64,000 bases of DNA from the NCBI GenBank assembly GCA_964503085.1, contig CAZCYQ010000012.1:2821-66820 (forward strand), in the 5' to 3' direction. The position numbers were made by a program, and so were the translations under genes. This DNA is from an uncultured Rhodothermaceae bacterium. Lineage in GTDB: Bacteria; Bacteroidota; Rhodothermia; Rhodothermales; Bin80. The stretch's first letter is position 1; each line of letters begins with the position of its first letter. Of this stretch, positions 9,800-19,233 are shown one piece after another. A model generated the notes under the pieces. The model was not told the DNA's origin, searched no databases, and saw only the letters and a list, made by a program, of their open reading frames with translations.

Positions 9800-11059
9800 C
9801 TATACCACAGAGCTGGCCAACACTCCGTGCTTGCGGCCTACGCGACAGAATGCATCAAGGATGAAGTCCAAATCCTCATCAGTGTGCGTCGCCATATAAG
9901 ATGTACGCATGATTGTAAGGCCGCGCGGCACAGCACCGCGCCACGGTACGATTGGATTCACGAAGATACCTGCTTCCAGCAAGTCAGTCCAGAACTGGAA
10001 TGCGGACATCATCTCGTTGCCGACTACTACGGGGATGATAGGGGCTTCACTAGTCCACACATCAAAGCCAGCGTCACGGAAGCCCTCCCGCATATAGTGC
10101 GAAATCTGCCACAGCCGTTCAAGCCGCCAGGTCTCTTCCTGAAGAATTTCCAGGCACTTGAGCACGGTTGCGACAGTACTGGGTGGCATAGACGCACTGA
10201 AGATATGCGCAGGCGCCATGTGCCGGATATACTCAATTACATCAAGATCTCCGGTTGCAAACCCGCCCAGCGAGGAGAAACTCTTTGAGAATGTCCCTGT
10301 GGTCAGAGGTACTTCTTTGTTCAATCCAAAATAGGCAGCAGAGCCCCGTCCGCCCGGGCCAATCACCCCCACCGCATGGGCATCGTCCAACATCAGCGCG
10401 GCGTCAAACTCGTTTGCAAGTTTGATCAGCTCGGGTATTGGGGCAATTCGTCCACTCATGGAGAACACACCGTCGGTGACGATGAGTTTGTCAGATTCCG
10501 GCCTTTCTGCGTCGGCCTTCTCGAGAAGACGACGCAAATGTGCCATATTAAAATGCCGGTAACGCCATGTGTCGGCTGCACTCACCTGAGTGCCGGCCAC
10601 AATGCAGGCATGGTTCTCTTTGTCCGAGAATATCAGATCGTTTTTAGACGTGATTCCCTGAATCACGCCCATGTTCGTCATGTACCCCGTTGAAAACAGA
10701 ACACACGCCTCTTTTTGCATAAAGGCGGCCAGCCGAGCTTCCAGTTCGAGGTGTATATCCAGCGTACCGTTTAAAAATCGACTGCCCGTGCAACCGGTCC
10801 CATATCGGGCAATTGCATCATTGGCAGCTTCCTTAACACGTGGATCACTGGTTAACCCCAGATAATTATTTGATCCAGCCATGATGAGTTCACGGCCGTC
10901 AATGAATGCCCTCGTCCCCTCACTGCGCGAAATTGCACGGAAATAGGGATACAGATTGGCCCTTTTTGCCTCATTGATCAAGGCCCCGGGTGCCATGAAG
11001 GCCCGTGTTTTCCCAAATATAGCGGGCTCTGCTGGCAGTACTTCGTCCGGGTCAATCAT
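9800..11059 (-). CDS. PLP-dependent alpha-oxoamine synthase, serine palmitoyltransferase-like
   Basis: 419 aa. Motifs GSNNYLGL, GTGCTGSRFLNGT (SPT-like GSRxLNGT rather than the BioF or KBL signatures), DDAHAVG, and PLP-lysine context TGTFSKSFSSLGGF. Confidence 0.7.
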   Translation of the reverse strand: MIDPDEVLPAEPAIFGKTRAFMAPGALINEAKRANLYPYFRAISRSEGTRAFIDGRELIMAGSNNYLGLTSDPRVKEAANDAIARYGTGCTGSRFLNGTLDIHLELEARLAAFMQKEACVLFSTGYMTNMGVIQGITSKNDLIFSDKENHACIVAGTQVSAADTWRYRHFNMAHLRRLLEKADAERPESDKLIVTDGVFSMSGRIAPIPELIKLANEFDAALMLDDAHAVGVIGPGGRGSAAYFGLNKEVPLTTGTFSKSFSSLGGFATGDLDVIEYIRHMAPAHIFSASMPPSTVATVLKCLEILQEETWRLERLWQISHYMREGFRDAGFDVWTSEAPIIPVVVGNEMMSAFQFWTDLLEAGIFVNPIVPWRGAVPRGLTIMRTSYMATHTDEDLDFILDAFCRVGRKHGVLASSVV

Positions 11060-11135
11060 ACGGAGAGGAAATAAGGATTAGTCGAGGAATAGGTAATATA
11101 CCTCAGCATATGGCAATGGCGTCTAGATTTGAATG

Positions 11136-12248
11136 TCAAGTATCGGCTGTCTGTGATTCAGGACGAAGGTGGGGCCAGGAAGTTGCAGATAGATGCAGTT
11201 CTTCTTCAATCAGGTCAATTGCCTCACTATTGCCGCGTACGTTCCATGAACGGTTCATGTTCGCCTTGGAATCAATGTACGCATGAAATTGCGCCAGATC
11301 ATCTGCGGATATATTTCGACCAATTACGGCTTTTCCCAAGGCTTCTCGTTCGAGATAGATAGCGTTCAGTGTTTGTTCAAAGATACCACGATTAGGCACG
11401 ACCATTAGCGGCTTCCCCAGATAAAGTGATTCGCTGAGTAACGTGAATCCGGCTGTACACAATACGCCTCTGCAATCGGCTAGATCTTCCAGGAATTCTT
11501 CAACGCACGCAGGCTTAAAGGTAATGTTCGGGTAGCTGGAAGTGTACTCGGGTTTGGGGAAGTTATAAACGATGTAACGACGACCGTCCGCACGTAAATG
11601 CTCCAGGAGTGCCTTATTTCCCTCCGGCTGGTTGTAGTAGACCAGGATATGCTCTCCTTCAGTTGGTTCAATCTGGACGATTTCTGAGCGAATGATAGGA
11701 GGGACAATGGTCGTTATTTCTGGACGTTTCACTTCGGGATAGAAGAAAGACGACAACAGGAGTCTGTTGGGTGTGCGTGGTGCGACGATATTGATCACGA
11801 TACGTGCTAGGTTGGCGTGATATTTGTGTCGGGTCGGGAGTGCATAGCAGGTTTCCGTGACAATTTGTTGGTGATTGAGCGAGATTACGGGGAGATCGAG
11901 AAGATTGGCTGCTCGCCAGGAAAATGCCTCAAAATCCGTGATGACCAAATCTGCCTTCCATTCACTGATTTGATCTGCGAGTTTGCGTACAATTTGATCC
12001 AGATTTCGGATTGACGGCCAATTGGCCAAGAGAGTCGCCCGTGCCTGGATCGTATTGTTCCGCAGGACCGTTTGCAGTTGTCGCACAGGGATTACATTTT
12101 CTCCCTGGGCCTGCAAGATCTTCTGTGCTGCTCCGCCCCCGCAGAATCGCACACGATGCCCGCGTCCACGCAGCCCTTCGGCTACGGCCATGCCCCGAGA
12201 GGTATGACCACGTCCCTGTCCACTAAGTGCGTAAATAATGCGTGCCAT
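11136..12248 (-). CDS. GT-B fold glycosyltransferase (MGDG-synthase / MJ1255-like)
   Basis: 370 aa. N-terminal ALSGQGRGHTSRGMAVAEGLRGRGHRV loop and C-terminal LCTAGFTLLSESLYLGKPLMVVP. Confidence 0.65.
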   Translation of the reverse strand: MARIIYALSGQGRGHTSRGMAVAEGLRGRGHRVRFCGGGAAQKILQAQGENVIPVRQLQTVLRNNTIQARATLLANWPSIRNLDQIVRKLADQISEWKADLVITDFEAFSWRAANLLDLPVISLNHQQIVTETCYALPTRHKYHANLARIVINIVAPRTPNRLLLSSFFYPEVKRPEITTIVPPIIRSEIVQIEPTEGEHILVYYNQPEGNKALLEHLRADGRRYIVYNFPKPEYTSSYPNITFKPACVEEFLEDLADCRGVLCTAGFTLLSESLYLGKPLMVVPNRGIFEQTLNAIYLEREALGKAVIGRNISADDLAQFHAYIDSKANMNRSWNVRGNSEAIDLIEEELHLSATSWPHLRPESQTADT

Positions 12249-12266
12249 ACCACAAAATGGTCAAGA

Positions 12267-12902
12267 TTACCAGATAATTGCAAGTCCGAATTGTTCTGGC
12301 CCTCCCACTACTCGAATGGTCAGCGACTCGTCTACGTCAAACTCAGCCAAATGTGCACTTACGTATGCATCCAGGATGGTGAGTCCATACCATGCGATGG
12401 TGCCGAAGTACAACAGGTCTCTATTGCGTCGCAGGTTATCCCGGTTAGTACGGAACTGAGGTTCCAGTCTGGCGCGACGTGCTGCGATCTCTTCTGGCAT
12501 CAGGCTTGACTCGGGGTTTAGTCCTAGGTCGCGAATAAGCTTGGCATAGTCACTGGCATAGTGGGGGAATACGGGTATTCCATCCTGATTGGTGCGTGCG
12601 GTATAGAGATAGGCATGCCGGTAAAGCCGGTATCGCCTGTTAACCAAAAGGGCAGAACCGACGAGGGCGGCAATACCGACGTAAACAATGGGGACTTTAT
12701 AGTACTCGCGGTTGTACAGCTGCCCCCACCCGGGTACTATAGCACGCCGCAGGGCTACGCTTGGATTTGGATGAACCAATACTGAATCCGCCATCAGGGT
12801 ATCAGGCTGACCATGTGCAGATGATGGGATTACCAGCAGAAGGGACAGGCCGAAAAGTGTGGAGGCTTTCAGTGTGGGATGAACCATTCTACTGGGTTGC
12901 AC
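12267..12902 (-). CDS. DUF5683 domain membrane protein
   Basis: 211 aa. Motif RAIVPGWGQLYNREYYKVPIVYVGIA, located immediately after parB as in many Bacteroidota. The true start may be the Met at 12887. Confidence 0.7.
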   Translation of the reverse strand: MQPSRMVHPTLKASTLFGLSLLLVIPSSAHGQPDTLMADSVLVHPNPSVALRRAIVPGWGQLYNREYYKVPIVYVGIAALVGSALLVNRRYRLYRHAYLYTARTNQDGIPVFPHYASDYAKLIRDLGLNPESSLMPEEIAARRARLEPQFRTNRDNLRRNRDLLYFGTIAWYGLTILDAYVSAHLAEFDVDESLTIRVVGGPEQFGLAIIW

Positions 12903-13782
12903 CAGTGAGTAATTCGAGCACGCGCGAAAAATCTTCCTTCGAGTAGTAGTGGATTTCGATTTGGCCTCGATCCTTAGTCGATTCTTTTACACGCACTTTT
13001 GTCCCTAGGTATTTGCGTAGCTCGTTTTCGACATCAACTACATGAGGGTTGCGGAGGATACGTGTTGTTTTTGGTTTGCGCGTCTGGTTTTGCTGGAGCT
13101 TTACACGCCGTTCAACCTCACGTACACTGAGGTCCTGGCGCTGTATCTCCTTAAACAGTTTTTGCTGAGTTTTTTCGTTTCGAAGGGCAAGCAAAGCGCG
13201 GGCGTGGCCGGGTGTGAGGGCGTTTTCCCGAAGTCCGAGTTGGATATTAGGCGGAAGATGCAGGAGGCGCAAGAAATTTGCAATGGTTGAGCGTTGTTTG
13301 CCAACCCTGCGGGCGACATCTTCCTGTGTCAATTCATATTCGTTGATGAGTCGCTGATAGCCGAGGGCAACATCAATCGGATTGAGTTCTTCCCGTTGAA
13401 CATTTTCAACCAGAGCCATTTCGAGCATTTGCTCGCCTTTTGCTGGCCGGATGTAGGCCGGAATTTTCTCTATCCCTGCGAGTTTGGCAGCCCGCAGGCG
13501 TCGCTCGCCGCTGATAAGTTCAAATTCTTCATCTTTTATGGCACGGACGGTGATTGGCTGGATTACCCCCAGTTGCCTGATGGACTGAGCAAGCGAATCA
13601 AGTGATTCAGGTTTAAAATCGTGTCGGGGCTGGAATGGATTAGGCTTGATCGCACTCAGAGGTAATGCGAATGTGCCACTGACTAGTGTATGGGCATCCT
13701 CTTTGGACCGGAGGAGCCCTTCATGGTCAAGCAACGCACCTAATCCGCGTCCAAGCGCAGTCTTTTTTTCTGACATGTGCAC
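12889..13782 (-). CDS. parB: Chromosome partitioning protein ParB/Spo0J
   Basis: 297 aa. Motifs LGRGLGALL, NPFQPR, ISGERRLRAAKLAG and an HTH region. Confidence 0.9.
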   Translation of the reverse strand: MHMSEKKTALGRGLGALLDHEGLLRSKEDAHTLVSGTFALPLSAIKPNPFQPRHDFKPESLDSLAQSIRQLGVIQPITVRAIKDEEFELISGERRLRAAKLAGIEKIPAYIRPAKGEQMLEMALVENVQREELNPIDVALGYQRLINEYELTQEDVARRVGKQRSTIANFLRLLHLPPNIQLGLRENALTPGHARALLALRNEKTQQKLFKEIQRQDLSVREVERRVKLQQNQTRKPKTTRILRNPHVVDVENELRKYLGTKVRVKESTKDRGQIEIHYYSKEDFSRVLELLTGATQ

Positions 13783-13833
13783 GCGTGAAGAGGAATTTTT
13801 GCAACACTTCCCCGCAATGTACCATTAGCAGGA

Positions 13834-14643
13834 TCAGCTGTTCGATGTGGAAGTGAAGCGGGGAGCACCAGTGCTGGAAAAAGTGGCAAGTTGGAGGATT
13901 TCTCTGGCAAGGGCGCGATAGTTACGGGCCCCTGTACTGGTCGCATCATGCATTACAACAGGCTTCCCGAAACTGGGAGCTTCCGCGATCGTAACGTTGC
14001 GGTGTATGATGGTCCTGAATACCCGATCACCAAAGTAACGCTTCACTTCGTCGCGCACACTGCGGGAAAGCCGCAGACGTTGATCATAGAGTGTTAGGAG
14101 CACACCTGCAATTTGCAGGTCCGGATTGAGACCGTTGCGTATTATTTTGATGGTATTGAGCAGCAATCCGAGTCCTTCAAGGGCAAAGTATTCTACTTGC
14201 ACGGGAATAATAACACTGTCGGCTGCAGTGAGCGAGTTGACGGTCAGGAGCCCAAGAGAAGGCGGACAGTCAATGATCACATAGTCATATTTCTTTGTAA
14301 TCTCATTAAGTGCATGCTTCAGAAGGCGTTCACGTCTTGTCACGCTAATGAGTTCAACTTCGGCCCCTACCAGGTTAATATTGGCGGGAAGCAGGTCCAG
14401 ATTTGGCACTTCTGTACTGGTTACCACTTCATCTGGTGCTGCCGTTCCAATGATGACCTCATACACCGAAGGTCCTTTACTTTTGATATCGTGTCCAAGC
14501 CCTGAAGTGCCGTTACCCTGTGGATCCATGTCTACCAGCAGTGTCATACGCTCCTCAACAGCCAAGGAAGCTGCGAGGTTGATGGCAGTCGTAGTCTTAC
14601 CAACACCGCCCTTTTGGTTGGCAATCGCTATTATCTGACCCAT
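13834..14643 (-). CDS. parA: Chromosome partitioning ATPase ParA/Soj
   Basis: 269 aa with the deviant Walker A motif [20 protein letters not shown]. Confidence 0.9.
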   Translation of the reverse strand: MGQIIAIANQKGGVGKTTTAINLAASLAVEERMTLLVDMDPQGNGTSGLGHDIKSKGPSVYEVIIGTAAPDEVVTSTEVPNLDLLPANINLVGAEVELISVTRRERLLKHALNEITKKYDYVIIDCPPSLGLLTVNSLTAADSVIIPVQVEYFALEGLGLLLNTIKIIRNGLNPDLQIAGVLLTLYDQRLRLSRSVRDEVKRYFGDRVFRTIIHRNVTIAEAPSFGKPVVMHDATSTGARNYRALAREILQLATFSSTGAPRFTSTSNS

Positions 14644-14712
14644 GCCTAGAGTTCACGTATAGTTTGGGGCACACAAAGTTTATTTGTTGTGGGGGATGGG
14701 AGCAGTTGCAAA

Positions 14713-14874
14713 TCAGAACAGAGAGTAAATAAATGGTGCTAATGCTGATCCTTGAGTCAAAACGATGAGAAGGCTCAGCAGCAGGAGGAGGCCCACAATG
14801 GGCATCAGCCAATATTTCTTGCGTACCCGCAAGAACCGCATAAACTCAGCGATAATGTGAATCTTATTCTTCAT
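14713..14874 (-). CDS. DUF5989-like small membrane protein (53 aa)
   Basis: Below the ORF-track size cutoff. My translation is MKNKIHIIAEFMRFLRVRKKYWLMPIVGLLLLLSLLIVLTQGSALAPFIYSLF. The RKKxWLxPI...APFIYxLF pattern is the hallmark of this family. Confidence 0.6.
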   Translation of the reverse strand: MKNKIHIIAEFMRFLRVRKKYWLMPIVGLLLLLSLLIVLTQGSALAPFIYSLF

Positions 14875-15039
14875 ACCGAACGAGCTGATGCGTGAGCTGA
14901 TGCAGACCTCCGCGCGTTCTACGCGTTAACTGTATTAAATGTCCAAAATTATGCAGGCAGGGGCGGGACAAACAAGTACAATGTTCTTTTGTTGCTAGGC
15001 GGTGCAACACGCTTATTGCATTTGCGTACAGGCTAAAAA

Positions 15040-16296
15040 GTGTCCCGGCAATACACGGTTTACGTTTTGATTCATTTTTTCATCGAAATCTGGGAGGGAT
15101 TGAATATCGCTCTGCGTTCCCTCATCTCAAATCGTCTGCGCAGCGGGTTGACAATGCTCGGTATAATCATCGGGATTGTGACAGTGACCGCGATGTTCAC
15201 GGTCATCAGTGGCCTGGAAGGGGAGATGAATCGTTCGCTAGCCCTGCTGGGCACCAATGCAATTTATGTTGAAAAGACGGACTGGTTTATTGAAGGAGAA
15301 GAACGACGACGGCAATGGTCTCGGCCGGATCTTCGTTCCGACTTGGCAGATCATATTCGCATGCGTTCTCAGTATGCTGTTGCAGTAGCTCCACTGGTTG
15401 ATACGAGTCGACCAATTCGTTATCTCGACCGCGCCATGTACGGCGTGTACATCCAGGGATCAACCCCCGAAATAGCAAAAGTAGACAATGTAGACCTTGT
15501 GGAAGGGCGCTGGTACAATGACCTGGACAATCTGGTTGGCCGTAACGTAGTGGTGATTGGTGATGCTGTGCGTGAGTCTCTTTTTCCGAGCGAACGGGCG
15601 GTGGGAAAAACGATCCGTATAGGCGGCAAGCGATTCGAGGTGATCGGGGTTTTGGAGAAACAGGGCAAGTTTTTTGGCATGTTCTCGTTTGATGAGCAGG
15701 CACAGATTCCACTTACAACTTTTGAGCGTCATTTTGGGCGTTACAGGAGCGTAACAATCAAGGTTAATGCGGGGTCCGGGGAGGCCGTCCCCTTACTTGA
15801 AGAGGAATTGACGGGCATTGTGCGTGCTGCAAGGGGACTTGATGCATTGGAAGAGAATAATTTTGAAATCAACAAGACAGAAGCATTCCGCGAGCAATTG
15901 GCAACGATAAAGGCGGTGGTCTACGGGATTGGCATCTTCCTTACGGGGCTTGCGCTGGTAGTTGGTGGAATCGGGGTCATGAATATTATGTTCGTAACGG
16001 TGAAGGAGCGCACCAAAGAGATTGGTATTCGAAAGGCAGTGGGGGCGAGCAAACGTGCTGTGCTAGCACAGTTTCTGATTGAGGCAGTTTTGGTTTGTAT
16101 TGCTGCCGGGGCTGTCGGCGTGGTGTTATCTCTAGGGATAACGGCGATCATAAACCAAATTATACCGGCAGTTCTGGCCTCAGGTACGATTCTTTTAGCG
16201 TTCGGAATTTGTGTGCTTGTAGGTATATCCTTCGGTGTAGTACCTGCCTGGAACGCGGCTCGCCTGAATCCAATTGACGCATTACGTTACGGCTGA
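15040..16296 (+). CDS. ABC transporter permease, MacB/FtsX type
   Basis: 418 aa. N-terminus ALRSLISNRLRSGLTMLGIIIGIVTV, a periplasmic core domain, and a C-terminal FtsX domain with KEIGIRKAVGASKRAV. The exact start is uncertain. Confidence 0.8.
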   Translation: MSRQYTVYVLIHFFIEIWEGLNIALRSLISNRLRSGLTMLGIIIGIVTVTAMFTVISGLEGEMNRSLALLGTNAIYVEKTDWFIEGEERRRQWSRPDLRSDLADHIRMRSQYAVAVAPLVDTSRPIRYLDRAMYGVYIQGSTPEIAKVDNVDLVEGRWYNDLDNLVGRNVVVIGDAVRESLFPSERAVGKTIRIGGKRFEVIGVLEKQGKFFGMFSFDEQAQIPLTTFERHFGRYRSVTIKVNAGSGEAVPLLEEELTGIVRAARGLDALEENNFEINKTEAFREQLATIKAVVYGIGIFLTGLALVVGGIGVMNIMFVTVKERTKEIGIRKAVGASKRAVLAQFLIEAVLVCIAAGAVGVVLSLGITAIINQIIPAVLASGTILLAFGICVLVGISFGVVPAWNAARLNPIDALRYG

Positions 16297-16297
16297 C

Positions 16298-17521
16298 ATG
16301 TTTAACCTGGAATTTATAAGACTGGCTTGGGGAATTCTACGCAGCCATAAGCTGCGCTCTATGCTTACACTCTTGGGTATTGTAATTGGTGTATTTGCCA
16401 TCATTGTAGCTGTAACTGCGGTTCAGGTCATAGAGACCAAGGTGGTTTCCACCATTGAATCCTTTGGTGCAACCACATTCACCATTTACAAATCCGGTGG
16501 ATTTACCAGTTCCGGTTCACGGTATCGTGCACGGCCAAATATCACCTACGATGAAGTGCGCCAGTATGCGGAGCGTGCTCAGTTGCCGTCAGCGGTGAGC
16601 CCAACTTTGTATCGTGGAGATTCAAACGAAGCCCGGTACGGAGACCAGAAAACCGATCCTGTAGTCATACATTTAGGCGTTAATGAGTATTGGGTCGGTA
16701 CGAACGGATTTGATCTTGCTCGCGGACGCAATATCACTGCATTGGACGTGCAGTTGAGACGAAATGTTGTTGTCATCGGACATGAGCTTGATGATGAGCT
16801 GTTCCCAAACATTAATTCGATCGGAAAAGAAATTATCGTTGACGGTAGACGCTACCAGGTGATCGGTGTACTAGCCAGAAAAGGCGCAGTATTTGGGAAC
16901 AGCATGGATCGTCTGGCACTGGCTCCCATTACGCGTGTGATTGATAGCTATAGTGCTGCATGGCGGGATATAGAGACCAAAGTGCAGACTTCGTCAATGG
17001 AGACGATAGATGAAGCGATTGAGGAAGCCATAGGTATTTTTCGGGTAATCCGCAATGTGCAGCCCGGCGAGGAGAACAATTTTGAGGTGGAAAGTACGGA
17101 ATCCTTTGTTGGGGGGATCACCAATTTTACAGGTCAGGTCAAGGCGGGAGGAGCAGCCGTTGGTCTGATTACGCTCCTTGCTGCCGGTATAGGAGTCATG
17201 AATATCATGCTTGTATCAGTTGCTGAGCGTACTCGCGAGATTGGTGTAAGAAAGGCAGTAGGCGCGAGCCGACGGGATGTGTTGAGTCAATTCTTGTACG
17301 AGGCGATCTTTTTATGTCAAATTGGTGGTATTGTGGGTATCCTCGTTGGAGTTTTGGGTGGCAACATTCTTGGATGGGTGTTTGATGCTTCGTTCGTTTT
17401 CCCGTGGGCCTGGGCGATTGGTGCGGTAATTGGCGTCACCTTGATTGCACTGGTTTTTGGAGTGTATCCGGCTTATAAGGCGGCAGGCTTGGATCCGATT
17501 GAATCTTTAAGGCACGAGTGA
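16298..17521 (+). CDS. ABC transporter permease, MacB/FtsX type (paralogue)
   Basis: It has the same architecture as the upstream permease, with REIGVRKAVGASRRDV. ATG 16298 lies directly after the stop of the upstream permease (the track opens at 16274). Confidence 0.8.
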   Translation: MFNLEFIRLAWGILRSHKLRSMLTLLGIVIGVFAIIVAVTAVQVIETKVVSTIESFGATTFTIYKSGGFTSSGSRYRARPNITYDEVRQYAERAQLPSAVSPTLYRGDSNEARYGDQKTDPVVIHLGVNEYWVGTNGFDLARGRNITALDVQLRRNVVVIGHELDDELFPNINSIGKEIIVDGRRYQVIGVLARKGAVFGNSMDRLALAPITRVIDSYSAAWRDIETKVQTSSMETIDEAIEEAIGIFRVIRNVQPGEENNFEVESTESFVGGITNFTGQVKAGGAAVGLITLLAAGIGVMNIMLVSVAERTREIGVRKAVGASRRDVLSQFLYEAIFLCQIGGIVGILVGVLGGNILGWVFDASFVFPWAWAIGAVIGVTLIALVFGVYPAYKAAGLDPIESLRHE

Positions 17522-18216
17522 TGAGCCAGGACCTCGCCAAAAAACAGGCAGGCGAGAAGGCAGCACGATGCGTTGAGTCCGGTATGACAGTCGGCCTTGG
17601 CACAGGTTCCACTACAGCGTTTGCAATAGCGGCTCTAGGGTGCAGAGTTCGGGAAGAAGGCTTGTTGATCAGGGGAATACCAACTTCCAGTTCGGCTGAG
17701 CTTGAGGCACGAAAGCAAGGAGTACCAATCTGTACTTTCGATGATGTAGAGGGCAGACTGGATATTGCGGTTGACGGGGCCGACGAAGTCAGTCCCGTGC
17801 TTGACTTGATCAAGGGTAGGGGGGCAGCACATACACGCGAGAAGCTTGTCGCCAGTCAGGCGGACAGATTCATCGTACTGGTGGATCCTTCTAAACTGGT
17901 AAAGCAGTTGGGCACAAAGATGCCCGTGCCCATTGAGGTGATTCCCATGGCTGTGCCAGTTGTACTGCGCGCACTTCAAGTTATGGGTGCAGAGGCAGCG
18001 GTACGGCTGGGGCTTCGGAAGGACGGTCCGATAGTAACCGATCAGGGTTTTTGGGTAATTGATGCACAATTTGGTCCGATCAGTGATCCAGCCGCACTCA
18101 GCCGCACATTGCTGGAAATGCCAGGTGTGCTGGATCACGGACTGTTTGTTGGACTGGCCACCGAAGTTATTGTTGGTACTGAGACCGGTGCAGAGGTCCT
18201 GATCCGTAAACCGTGA
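17521..18216 (+). CDS. rpiA: Ribose-5-phosphate isomerase A
   Basis: Motifs GLGTGSTTAFAI, AVDGADEV and KGRGAAHTREK. The ATG overlaps the permease TGA by 1 nt. Confidence 0.9.
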   Translation: MSQDLAKKQAGEKAARCVESGMTVGLGTGSTTAFAIAALGCRVREEGLLIRGIPTSSSAELEARKQGVPICTFDDVEGRLDIAVDGADEVSPVLDLIKGRGAAHTREKLVASQADRFIVLVDPSKLVKQLGTKMPVPIEVIPMAVPVVLRALQVMGAEAAVRLGLRKDGPIVTDQGFWVIDAQFGPISDPAALSRTLLEMPGVLDHGLFVGLATEVIVGTETGAEVLIRKP

Positions 18217-18275
18217 CGGCACAGCTTCGAGGGTTGATCGCTCTCGGTCACATCAGGACAGGGCCTGACAAATGA

Positions 18276-18962
18276 TTAGGTCAGTACAAATACGAAGGTC
18301 AGAGAGGTTATTACGTTTACAGGCACACCATTTAACCGGCCTGGTGCAAAGCGTGCGAGTTGAATTGCCCGCAGTGCCTCTTCGTCGCAGCCTGCTCCGA
18401 GGCTTTGCGTTACGGTGGGGAGACGGACAGATCCATTTGTGTCAACAATGAAGGCCACGGTAACGCGTCCCTCGAGATTAGCCCGGCGCGCCCGTTCGGG
18501 ATACTGAAGTTCCTTTATCAGAGATTCCATGCTGCCGAGCAGGATAGGGACTTGATCCAGGAAGTCATATAGGTCTGGATCATTGTTCTGTCCACGGAAG
18601 GAGACAGGCATAGTCATCTCGACACTGATTGGCTGCGCTCCGACGCGACCGGGCTCAAAGCGCATGTGCTCAAGGGTTCTGACAGCTTTCTGAGTCAGAC
18701 GCTCATCTGCGTACTGCACTGCGATGGGATTCACTATCTGTCCTGTTTCGTCTACCAGGAAGGACACGAACACCTGTGTGTTATCGGCTCCGTTGTAAGC
18801 GGCGTGTTGCAAGGGGCCTGCCGAGGAGCTTATCAATGTGGGGAGATCAAAGATACCTGTATACTCAGCGTACGACGTGTCATACAGGGTGGTTTGAGAA
18901 CTTGTGCATGCGGCAGCAGTGAGGCTGATCAAAACACAGGCCAGTGCGATGGTTTTTGTCAT
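18276..18962 (-). CDS. TonB C-terminal-domain lipoprotein
   Basis: 228 aa. Lipobox LTAAACTSS and C-terminal YPERARRANLEGRVTVAFIVDTNGSV...PGRLNGVPV (TonB_C fold). Confidence 0.7.
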   Translation of the reverse strand: MTKTIALACVLISLTAAACTSSQTTLYDTSYAEYTGIFDLPTLISSSAGPLQHAAYNGADNTQVFVSFLVDETGQIVNPIAVQYADERLTQKAVRTLEHMRFEPGRVGAQPISVEMTMPVSFRGQNNDPDLYDFLDQVPILLGSMESLIKELQYPERARRANLEGRVTVAFIVDTNGSVRLPTVTQSLGAGCDEEALRAIQLARFAPGRLNGVPVNVITSLTFVFVLT

Positions 18963-19028
18963 GGTCCACTCCGTTTAGGCCCACACTCGGCGGGCAAGTT
19001 ACATGTTCAACACCATTAGCAATATTAT

Positions 19029-19056
19029 TGTAACGTTTTCGTAACATTTTTGTTAC
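19029..19056. promoter_or_regulatory. TGTAAC direct half-site plus a perfect palindrome GTAACA-TTTT-TGTTAC upstream of the TonB_C lipoprotein gene
   Basis: Read directly: TGTAAC at 19029-19034, GTAACA at 19041-19046 and TGTTAC at 19051-19056. The site lies 70-95 nt upstream of the start at 18962, in an AT-rich stretch. Confidence 0.15.
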
Positions 19057-19233
19057 ACTTTAGTAAAATAAACGAAATTGAAATAACAAATTCCAGCATT
19101 GTTTGAGATAGAGCTGGCACCGTGTCTTTGCTGCGGCTGTTCTCCCTGCTGTGTTTTCGTGTCTCATCAGCGTCTTTAAAGTTTGACTTGCTAGCCCGAA
19201 ATCGTCTCTCCTCACAGATAAATGGATGGAAGT

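Noticed and set aside
17635-18222. 195-aa minus-strand ORF
   Set aside because: It lies fully antisense to rpiA, whose motifs are unambiguous.
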